Assembly: GCF_052425735.1 (NCBI RefSeq)
Contig: NC_135758.1
Coordinates: 36,394,001-36,458,000 of the forward strand
Reading direction: 5' to 3'
DNA from: Oculina patagonica
Taxonomy: Eukaryota
Length of the DNA stretch: 64,000 nucleotides
Shown here: positions 42,364-54,300 of the stretch, piece by piece
Layout of the letters: every line of letters starts with the position of its first letter
How positions within the stretch are numbered: position 1 is the stretch's first letter
Translations under genes and position numbers: made by a program
Notes under the pieces: model-generated
Seen by the model: only the letters and a program-made list of their open reading frames with translations
The model's database searches: none
What the model was told of the DNA's origin: nothing

Positions 42364-45300
42364 TCAAAGCCTCGCTGTTTCTGTGTTATTTATGAGTCTT
42401 TCAATATCTTCCACCTCCTTTGGGCATTCATCAGTAAGAACTTCGGGTCCACTCTCTGTGATCAAAACATCATCCTCGATTCGTATGCCTATCCCTCGAT
42501 ACCTGTAAACGAACACAGAATTACACCTTCACTGGCCAAGGTTTTTGTTATATATATAACAACATTTGCTTTTCCTAAAGCAAAACAAAAAGCACACCTT
42601 AGCCGCTATACAATTCACATTTTGACTGCAGCTAGGCTATTGACACTCAGACTGGGAGAAACAAACAGGCACCTCAAGGCCAAAGTGACCCACAATCCGT
42701 GCCATGATTCCTTGGGACACTCATTTCAACAATTATAACGTGACATTCCGTTGCGAATTCTCAGAAATGGAGAACCCCCCTTCCCCAAAACCAATGTTTC
42801 AAAATAGACGGAAACGGAGGGCATTGTTTTTTTTTTTCAAGGTACACAACATTGAATGGGCCAGGGGGGGGGGGGGGGGGGTATTTGTTGATTTTTTTCC
42901 TGTTTTAAGTGTAAAAAACGGCGTGTCCTAAGAATTGCGGCGTGGAATGTAGTTTAATTAAATCGCCAATGCTGCAACTTCTTGGCTAATTGGAAGCCGG
43001 CCACCAAAAGAGAATGGTTCTGGCGGTCAAAACGCATCCGTTTGAAAGAATAGAATTAAAATGTTACACGGGACAACTTGCAACAACGATTTTTCGCGCA
43101 AAACCGCGTCAACTTTTCGTGATATGTTAAACGAGTCAACTTTTCGCGCAACATCGTACGAAATGAACTTGGCAACATGCATGTTATACGAGACGATTTT
43201 TAGCGCAACGCCAACTCGCAACATTTCGCGCGCGCATCCAGGCCATGTTGAACAGAACTCTGGGAAGGTGTTGCGCGAAAAATCGACGGCGACCCTGTTA
43301 CACGAGTCAACTTTCTAAATATTCGTCATCTTGCGTTGCGAGTTTTTGACTTGGGTTCAAAAACTCGCAACGTGTTGCCGAGTCAAAAGTTGCGCGAAAA
43401 ATCGTCCCCGGTACCATGTTACACGGTGAACGATTTTTCGCGCAACATTGTTGCGCGAAAAATCGTTGTTGCAAGTTGTCCCGTGTAACACCACCTTTAA
43501 GGAGATGGATGGGCCCTTCGCAGCTTATGGTCACATGGTTCAAAATCCTCCATGTTGGAGGGAATGTCCGCTCTGGTACATTCAAAACAAAGGAAAGTCA
43601 AGTCATGACTGGTTGAAGTCGCTTTGTTTTCGATGTCCCAGCGCGTAGCCTGTCCTCAAGCAAGGTGTTGTTTTGTACCATGTGACCATTAGCTGCAGAG
43701 GTCCCATTGCAAACCTTTCCGGTACGTTTTTGTTGTCCTCAGAGATGTAGATACCAGGCTCCACCGTGATCACCATACCCGGATGTAGCCCCAGACCTCT
43801 GCTCACCAAGTGCGTGTCATGCGTGTCCATACCGAGATAGTGACCCACGTGATGAGGACAGAATTCACCAGCAGCCTGAAAGCCACAAAGGTAAAGACAA
43901 CTGTCAGTGACGAACTACTGAAGCAAGCAGAGTAATCAACATAGAGACAGCATCCGCAAAGCCACAGAAGCGTTTTTAATTTCTAAAGGGAAAACACTTG
44001 AACCCTATAGCATGAATAGACGGGATGAAACTTGATATATTATGTTTGTCACATGTATGCTATTTCTATCTTCTACCGTTATTTGTTTTGTTTTCTTATT
44101 ATCAGCCTATCACGTACCAGTTTTTCATCTTAGTTTATTTAAATTTTGTTACCGTTTGTTTCCATACTCACTTAGCATTGTATGCCCCTGATGAAGGTTG
44201 GTTTTGTTCAACCGAAATATTGGGCCAAAATAAGTTTAAAACATCAGTCCCTAGCTGTTTGATCAGCCCTGCATTTAAAGTTTGTAGAGTAATCAACAGC
44301 TAGTTTTCCCTTTACGGTATTACTATAATTCAAGCGTAATGAAATTGAGGAAAATCAACTATTACGTCCATCTTGTCCAATGTTGACCATCATGTCCTGG
44401 CTAGGTGGAGGCTAGATTGGTATGGGGTGGGGTGGGGTGGGGTGGGGTGGGATGGGGTGGCGTGCGTGGAGGGATTGACTGCTACGTGTCAACTATATAC
44501 AATTTAGATGGGTGGGGTCGGTGTATACACCAGATTGAAGAAACGTTGACCCTGTGAAATGCATGAGATGAGACCGAGTTCATATTAGAGAGTTTCTTTG
44601 AATCACGCGACTTCTCAAATGCCGCTGATAGCTGTGCTTTTCAAGCAAAATAGCAGTTAAACTTGAACTTGGTTTAAAAGCTCCTTTAATTTTTGCCGAA
44701 ATCAATTTATGCCATTCAAGTGCCGGTTCAAGTGTATTTTATCTAAGATTCGGAACAAAATAAATATTTGCAAGCCTAGGCCGGAATCTGTTTATGCATG
44801 TGGATCAGGATGACGTCATGAAGTAAAGGGGAATTTTTGCTCACTGCGACAGTTGACGCAAACTTCCTGACTCGTGCAAACCTCGGACGATGCTAAACGG
44901 AGAAATAGAATGGGAAATAGAATGAAAAGAAAGAAATAGAATGGAAAATGGAATGAAAATAAAGAAATAGAATGGGAAATAGAATGAAAAGAAAGAAATA
45001 GAATGGGCTCGAGTCTACTCGTTTATTTAGCGTGAAATGTTTTTTTATTTTTTTATTCAAGATTCGGAACAAAATAAATATTTGCAAGTGTGAACAAAAT
45101 TTATCCAGGCATGTGGAGTATAGCTAGAGATAACGTTATGAGGGATCTCACGCACAGCGTGACTCACGCAAACCTCAGACTTGTGTGTAACTCAAGTGGC
45201 GTGACTGTTTGAACTGAATAGCTCCTTGTTAAGTTTGATGACTGTTTACATCATTAAACAATATTTTGAGTCACAGGATATGACACAATGCTTCCTATAG

Positions 45301-48300
45301 CATCAAGAAATTGGTAGTAACAACCTAAGCCTTGACATGCACAATAGGCCAATAGGACGATCTTTGCTGACGTCGTTGTTTACATTTTGCCTCATTTGCA
45401 TACGACTTTGCAAAGAGAAGGCATCCTGCTATATACATATTAACTTCAGAAGTTTAAAGAGCTTGTGAAACTTAACAATCGGCAAAATTTTCAGCTCTTA
45501 ACTTTACGTGTAATATTGAAGGAGATATAGATATTAGCTTTGAAACGCTGCAAAATTTCTGGGTGGCAAAAGCGCAAGTCAAGTCTCAAATTGACTTCAG
45601 TTGATTGACGCTTTCACCGTTTCTTTCCTTTCCCCTGCTATAATAAATTGTTTGTGAACAAAACTAAACTTTTTCTGTTCTGCTGTTTACATAACACCGA
45701 ACAATTATGTACTTGATTAATAAATTTGTGATTTGCTGAATGATACAAAAGATCTCCAAAAAAGTCACAATGTAATTTATATTCTGCGGTTTTCACGAGT
45801 AATATAAGCTGCGTTGCAACGTAAAAATGGGCGCTGATGGAGATAACGAAATCTGATTCAGTCGACAAAGCGCGCGAAATCGTGAAAAAAGGCACGCGAT
45901 GAAAAATCGCGAAAAAAGGCATGCGATGAAAAATCGTGAAAAGGGGCACGCGATATAGATCGTGAAAAAAGGCACGCGACAACGTTTCAGCTATAACTCG
46001 TGATCAATCTTAATGAACTTCCGACGTTCGAAGTTACCGTAACCACATTACGAAAGGAAGAAAGCCGTCGATAGAGTTAACTATGGCAGCATTTTCTTTC
46101 GCAACTTTCTTCAAACACACGGCACTGGTTGCCCTGATTGCTTTCTTGTTTGTTGCTGTAAGCGATGGGTGTACTTTCAAGAGTGACTGCGAAGAGAACC
46201 AAGTCTGCTGCAACTACGGATGCGTTGATGGATCAAACTGTATCGGTCACGGCTGTGTGACTGATTCTGGTTGTTATATCGGGGAAAGTTGCTGTTATGG
46301 TAAATGTGTTGACGGATCAAGATGCTGTTCGTCGGATTCCGATTGTTCTAGCTGGGAGACTTGTTGTAGCCATTCATGCGTTGTCGCTTCAAGTTGTTTC
46401 GGTCGTTACTGTTCGTCGGATTCAGATTGTTCTGGCTCTGAAAGTTGTTGTAGCAGCGTATGTATAGATGAGCTCGATTGCTCGGGGTATTCTTGTTCCA
46501 AAGACTCTGATTGTGGAAACAAGGCCAAACACTGCTGTGACGGACAATGCTCGAATAAAGGTTGTCACGATACTGCCGCCACCATTGGTATCATTATTGG
46601 TGTAATATGCTTGATTTCCATGTGTATAGTCGCCATTGGCCGTTGCCTGAGATCAGGACAGAGAGGAACAGCAACTACTGTCCCCACCACTGGTGCAATA
46701 CAGAGCAACCCACCCCACCAGGGACAGGTTCCACCGTCCGATAGCTACCAACAAGGCTACCCACACCATCCCCCACAGCAGCAACACACGACCAACCTTC
46801 CACCACACAACCCTGAGGTAACGACAGCGAGTGAACAGCCTCCCCCTTACACTGCAGCACCACAGGGAGTATCAGGGGGAGTTTATGCACCTAAACCTTC
46901 TTATGGTGCTATACCATTAGCAAGACCTGTCTAACAACGACACTGGTAAAGTGAAGGGATTCTACCCGTGCAGGAGCCTGACCCTTGCCAGGAACTTTTA
47001 CAGAAAACAAACTGTGAGAAAGGAAGTGGTGTAAAAGCCACATTGATGTTTTTAATGTTCACCAGCCAGCCTTTAAAATAACCGGTTTTGAACACAAGTG
47101 GATTTCATAGACTTTAGAGCGATTAATAGTTTTACGGAGAGGAGTCACTTTTCATTAATACAGTGAAATATTGTCACTCGAAAAAGTTTTTGATTACAGT
47201 ACTTTTTTAGCATTTTCCCGTTACTTGGCTAAGCGGAAATTAAAGCAAGTTAGTCTTACTCTAGGAAGCAAAGAAGTCAAATGCCATCGTACCGTTTCAG
47301 TATGGCTCTTTACCTATAACGTTTTGTAAACAGAAACCAAATAAAACTTATCCCTATTTGGCAATGACTAAAAACCCTTAAACCTCGATTGCTTCTATGT
47401 AAACCCGTTAGAGCAGTTTTCAATGAGTGTCGTAAAACCAAAAGTTATCACTCTGGCCAATCCTATAGGACAGACAATCAAATTAACCAATCAAGTCTCA
47501 AGGTAAATACACGTATACGTCGGAAAGCGCGGGAAAACGTGTGCGAGCGCGTCAAGATTGGTTTTACTTAATTCTGGTTGGATGAAAAAGTGGCGCGAGT
47601 TTTTTAATCCAATCACTAGGCAAAGTAATGCAAAATCAAAGCAAATGCGAATTACTTTCGACAATCAAGTGAAAACCGCCTAAAAACGTTGAAATTGGAA
47701 GCCTTTCTAGGTTATCAAGTCCAATAGGCCTCTCTAAAGACCTCATTAAAAAGCCACATACGTTCAGTCATCCTATAATGTATCCGCAGGTTACTAATGT
47801 TGTGTGTAAATACCTTTTTGAGTTGACTTTCGGTCAAGTTCTTCGGGACAAAATTGATGTCTGTTAAAATAAAGAGGAAAAAGATAATTCTAAAATGAAG
47901 TAAATTAGGTCAATGTGGTTGTTTAGTTAAGCAGGGAGCAGGGATGGCGCAGTGGTGAGAGCGCTCGCCTCCCACCAATGTGGCCCGGGTTCGATTCCGG
48001 CCCGGTTGCCATACGAGGGTTGTTGTTGGTTCTCGTCCTTGCTCCGAGGGTTTTTCTCCGGGTTCTCAGGTTTTCCTCCCTCCACAAAAACCAACACTCC
48101 AAATTCCAATTCGATCTTGGATGCACGGTACAGGTCTTAGCAAGCTCCTGAGCTTTTCTATGTTGTAACGTGGGTAAATAAATTTCATTTACAAATTACA
48201 TTTACTGGGCTTTAGAGCAGTTTTCAATTGAGTGTCGTAAAACCAAAACCAAAGTAATTACTCTGGCCAATCACAAAGGACACAGACAAACCAGTGAACC

Positions 48301-51300
48301 AATCATCAAAACTCCAAGCAAATACATGTAGCCGTCACGAAGCGCGGGAAAACGTGCGCAAGCGAGTCACGATTGGTTTTGGTTTTAGTTCTGATTGGCT
48401 GAGAACGTGGCGCGAGATTTTTAAGCCAATCACTGAGCGTAGTAATGCAAAACCAAAGCAAACGCAATTTACCTTATTATAGGAAATTAACGCTTGTGTA
48501 ATTAAGGTATTTGAAATTAACGCGACTTAAATTAACGCGAATTGAAGGAAAAGTTACTTCCCAATAAAGGAAATAACGCGAAAGAGGGGGGAACATTTCA
48601 AAATGAAGGATTAACGCGACGTACACAAAGGAACAAGTTTATTTCAATACTTGCAGGCTGTTATCTTAAACGAAAACAATGTTCTTCTCATTTGAGCGTT
48701 CTTTGCAGTATCAATGATAGTGGCAGATAAAATATGCTTTTTCCTTGGAGTCAAGAACGCTGGACTGTAATGAGAAATTGGGACCAAAATAATGGAAATT
48801 AACGTCATAGAAATTAACGCTCCACCTAATTAACGGTGCGAAAATTAACGTTAACAAAAATTAACGCGACTTAAATTAACGCGAATGTTTAAAATTCGCG
48901 TAAAATTTCATGACAAGTTAATTTCCTATAATAAGGTACTTTCGACACTCAAGTGAAAACCGCTCTATATCTTGTTCAATAAAACTCCTGTATCAGTAAG
49001 ACAAACAAATCAGGGAAGATAAGACCTTGTTTATCCAATCAAAATGAAAATCAAACCAGAGATAAATTGGTCATGCGCTTAGCACTGGCTTACAAAAAGG
49101 TGTAGTGATGGGCTGCATGTATGTTCACTTTCATTGTTTTTTGTTTTTCTTCATTCTCTGTCGAGCCTTGTCAGCATTACACTGCTGTTACACTCCAAAT
49201 CATGCCTTCAACTGTACCCTCAATACGAAGAAACATTTGTCAAGCAAGTTTCTTGAGTCAGCTTCTCAAGTTTCGTACCTACCAAACACCATCAGTTATG
49301 CACAAGTGACCAAATGCAAATAAACTAAACGCTCAAAACAAAATAGTTTACTCACTAATAAGTTCCTCTCCAAGGAGTAGTAGCATGGCATGATGAAGAT
49401 AGTCTAGTGACACCTCCTTTTGACAAAGCTGGCAACAAAGAAAGTCAAACATGAATGAATCAATGAACTTTAAATTAACGTGTCTAAAAGTATTCAGCAG
49501 ATGGAGAACTCTCTGCTTAAAGGGGACACACCTAACTAAGAGCAAAAAAACTTTGACGCTAATGTACATAGTTATAACAATACATCTATTTACAGCATCA
49601 TAAAATTTAATAATTACATAGGTGGAAGTCCTTATATCAGTCTTTTAGAAAGCTTGATTGACCAGGCCTTCTTATTTGCATTTTAAACTAAGCCTTTAGA
49701 TTGCTCGCAAGTCTCTGCACTAAGCAACATTTTTCTATTTAGACAAGCCTTACTAGCCTTAAGTGAAAGTGTTTAAAGAAAGAGAAGGAGCTCACTTTTA
49801 AGCATTTTTTGTGTACTCTTAGCACCAGTTCGTAGAGTTCCCTCTGTGGGTCACTAAATTTACCACTGACTGGCCACGTCCTGGTGATATCGCTGGCGTA
49901 GCCGTGGTACTCACATCCAGCATCCATAAGGACCAGCTCCCCATCTCTGAAGAAAACAGCAAGGACATTGGGTAGCAAAATGAACACCTGTCCTGAATAG
50001 AACTATTTTTACATGACTGTAATTTGGCCCTTTAAGGAGGCAGCGTGGTCGAGTGGTTAGAGTGCTGGACTCGAAAACCGAAGGTCGCGGGTTAGAGTCC
50101 CGTTCTGACCACTAGCTGGTGTTTTCTTTAACAACAATTACCTTAGAAGTTGTGTGTTGTTTATGTAGTGAAGGGTGTTAGCCATGGGTCCACTAGCCAC
50201 TACAGGAGGGTAAGCAAGTCTCTCAGCCCCACCCATTCGACACTCATATTCCAAGATAGTATGAAGATGAGACTCCTCCAGCCCTGGACGAGTGCTTTTC
50301 ATAACCTTTGAATCATAAATAGGTTTCATGGTTAGATAAAACAAAATGTTTTGAAGTAGGAGTCAGCAGTAGGCGGCTGTGACAAGCCAAGCTTGTTTGT
50401 TGTGAATTGTTTCTTTGACCAGAGTAACCGGCAACATAATATTATCATCAAGTAGCTGGTGGAACTCTGGTAGTCGCCGGCTTGCTTTGAAAACCCTGAG
50501 CACAATAATTATTATGAACACATTGAGATCAACATTTCAAGGTGGTAGAAGAATGCATTTACAGATCAAGTAATAAGAAAGATAATAGTCCGATTCAAAC
50601 TGGTATTTACACACTTGTGCAAAATTTTAAACAGTACATTAATTCGGATCAAGCTTGATGCTGCAGTCATGACCAAGTCCTGACTGATGACGACGCCACA
50701 GCAGTGAGCGAGACACTTTTAATTACTCTTACAGTGTTCCTAACCACCCAGGCCTTTTTTTTTCTGCCTGGATTGAGTTAGAAGCGAAACAAGTAACAAA
50801 AGTAAGTGGCACTGCAAAAGGTGAAGGCACAAGTGGACTGGTTGAAAATTTAAAACTTAAGCTATCATCAAAACTCAAGCAGAGTCCAATGTGTCTGCTC
50901 TTATACATGTAGGCCATATAAAACAATGACAGAAATAAATCTCACCTTAGTAATAGCTCTGGATGCCAGTGAAGCTGATTCTCTAAGTAATTTAATTTCT
51001 GCATCAGATTTAATAAGTCTAAGCATGTGAATGTTGTGGCCAAGAACCAGCAAATCTGAAAAGAAATGCAGAGCATAATCTATTGTTTTAATATTGTGCT
51101 CTTATGTAGAGCTGCTATTGACCCAAATTTTTTGTGGATTCACTGTAGTCTTCAGATAGTAAGGGGCTATCAAATGATAGAAAAAGATAAAGCAAGAAAA
51201 CCTGGCCATACCTTCTTTACCAAAAGAACAGATTGGAAAGTAATTGGAAAAAGAGTAAGAGGTGCACTTACTTTTGTAACTAAACTTCTCTGTGTGGAAC

Positions 51301-54300
51301 AGAACCTTGGAGATTTCATCATGGATGGTTGGGTGGGTAGGACGAAGGGAATCATACCACACACAGAAGTCTTTGCCAGCATACCTGGTTTAATTGCACA
51401 AAAGACTTGATTAAATACTTCTAACCTATTGAAAACTGTTAGCATCCAACTGACCCCTTAGGGCATGGGCGTGGCCTGGTAGCAATAGTAAAAGTGGCTC
51501 ACAGGTAAGAGCATAAACTTGTGTCTTACTTTCTTATTTTACATTTTGGCTTCACAGGATTTTGAATCAAGTTGAGTGCAGGATGCTTGGGTCCACAACA
51601 TGCTTTGACCGAAAGAATTTTAAGTTTGTTCTTGGCAACCAAAACGTAATTAATTTTTTGCTGCACCTCATACAATATTCATTGTAAAAGGTGGGTGCAG
51701 CTATCCATTTTACATGGAACTTCAAGTCCAATACATACATCAAAATTAATGTATCCTTGGAGAAGACTGAATTGCAGCTCACTCACATCTTCGAAATGAG
51801 CCACAGCAGCATTGAACGAAATATGTTTTTAAGTTAAAAAGTCATAATAAAGCAACATTTAGCCCTGAAAAAGTTTTCTAGAGGTGGGCTTATATCCAGG
51901 GGGGCTTATAACCAGATGTATTTTTCTGTTTCCAGGTAGATGGGCCTATAACCAGGGGGGGGGGGGGGGGGCTTATAAGCAGAGGGGCTTATAACCAGAA
52001 TTTTACAGTATATTTTAATAGGAGAAATGACAATTAAGGCTTAGATGAAGCAACATACCTGTCAATAAGTACTGATGCTAGATTTCGAATTGAATATGAC
52101 TAGAAAAAAAAAAGAAGATTTAAAGAAAAAGTTTGGTCAAACTATTTCCACTGTGACTTAAACAAATACAATTTACACTGAAACTTGCTATGGTGGTTAA
52201 TTTACCTTTATCATATTTATAAGTTCATAATAATCAACTATGTGTTTCACTCGCCCACAGACATAGCACAACAGTTTATTTAATGACATCAGTAACATGC
52301 TAATCTAATGGCAAAAGTAAAGTTTAAAAATGTTTATAACAAAGTGGAATCACTAATTACAGGTATAACTTACCTCATCAAATCCAAAGTGAAGAATGGC
52401 ATCTTTAGTTCCAGGTCGTTTACCTTCCCACAGCACCCTTTGAACAAGAGAAATCATACTTATTTTCAGAATGGAAAGAACTGGAAGACCAATGAGGCTC
52501 AGTACTAGTGCATAACCATGCAACATTGAACATGACCTGAAGCCCGTGGCATTGAATTTATGGTAAAAGCAAAATTTCTGTTCAGGGAAACTGTCGGTAA
52601 CCCTGTCAGCTGACAGTTGACAAACAGTCAGTGAACGGGAGCTGTTACTCACAATTACTGAATTTATGAAAGAAACCACTGTATTGCACATTTAAATTAG
52701 AATAAATTATTGTAATCCATAGATCTGAACATACATTATTGATTTCAATATTTATTTATTTTGTTACAATTATGTGAAAACACTTACTTTTTAGGATCAT
52801 GTGGTTGGATAAAGAGAGTACTTTTGTGAGCTGGCAAGGGCAGACCTTCTACAGATTCTGCACAGCAAAAATAAGAATTACACTTAACATTAAATCAGCA
52901 CTTGCTTCTCAAAGAAGCATGATTACAATTTTCTAGAATTCTTGAATCAACTCATTCATTTGTTATAGACCTCTGACATGCAGGAGGTATTCATAAAGTA
53001 TTCATGGATATATACATCCACAGGAAAAATATACAGTTTCTTTTCTTGGTAGACTATGATATGTGTTTCCTATAGCCATATGGCCCTGTAAGCTGTTAAG
53101 AGAGCTGTGGTAAAGTTATAACCGAACAACGAAAATGAGAGAAGATGTGTTGAGATAAATTTAACACAAAATATGCTTTACTACTTAATACATAAATAGA
53201 ATTTGATGGCACTTACGCAAAACTAAAACAGCATCTGGTTGTTGAAAACCAGTAAGGTACAGAAAATCTGTGTTTTGTCTGAATGGATATCTGTAGTGAA
53301 AAGCAGAGCAAACTGGCTTGTGAATGTTCAGGCTCATTCTGAAGATAGGAGTAAAAGGATGGCTGGCGGGTAAAGCAGTCCAAGAAAGAATTATCCCTGG
53401 AGAAAGCCTGTTCGCAGTCTAGCTCAACTTAATATTTATTACAATACTAGAAATTATTTGAATATACAGCTAAACAGCTTCGAGCACAAATTAACAAAAA
53501 GTTGAATGGATACTTACGGCACATCTTTTGTCATGTATTTTGTAGGATTGCTTGGAATGATCACCAAATGTTTGTCGTGAGTTTCACCAAAATGTGTCTT
53601 GGCCAGTAGACTGCAGGTTAAAAAAAAATTAAGAAAATAATTCAATTCCAAAACGAGAGCATTCTAAATTGAAAGTTCTCTCAATTCCAAAACATCTTAT
53701 AGTTTTTAAAGAATTTTAAGAATGTAACTAAGACCTTAGAAGCATTTGTCTTCTGTCTCTATATTCCTTCTTAGTAATTCCAGGAGTGACTGCAAAGAAA
53801 TAAACATCAAGTTTTAAAATATTAAAAAAAAAAAAAAAGATATTGTAATGGGAGTTAGGAGCTTGTTAAGGCTCTCCTCTTCAGCAAAGATGTAGCTAAG
53901 AAAACACTAAGACGGCTCAGCTGGCTTTTCTGGCCTTAGCAGCTCTAAAAGTTTGCCTAAGTCTCTGCTTTCATGTTAAATTTCAGCCAGATTTAAGTTC
54001 TATTTCAGCCGGTCCTTAGCAACGTCCCTGCTTCAGGATTAAATACCCTAGAGAATAAGGGTAAAGGAAATGCTCTGAATCCTAAGCAAAGATTGAAGTG
54101 CCTCATAGGTATTTGAGAGTAACGAAGCAGTCAAAAGTTGCTAACAAATGACAAAAAACATTTATGTGCAAAGTAACATTAAAATAGAAAAAATACACTA
54201 AGTCTATAATTAATTTTAATACGCAATAACCATAATTACCAATTAAATTAACAATGAAATTTCAAGGAACGAATTGACAAGATAATTAAAATCACTTTGC

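Noticed and set aside
50680-50716. Second hammerhead candidate (CTGATGA...GAGAC)
   Set aside because: No GAAA core and no convincing helix I or II.
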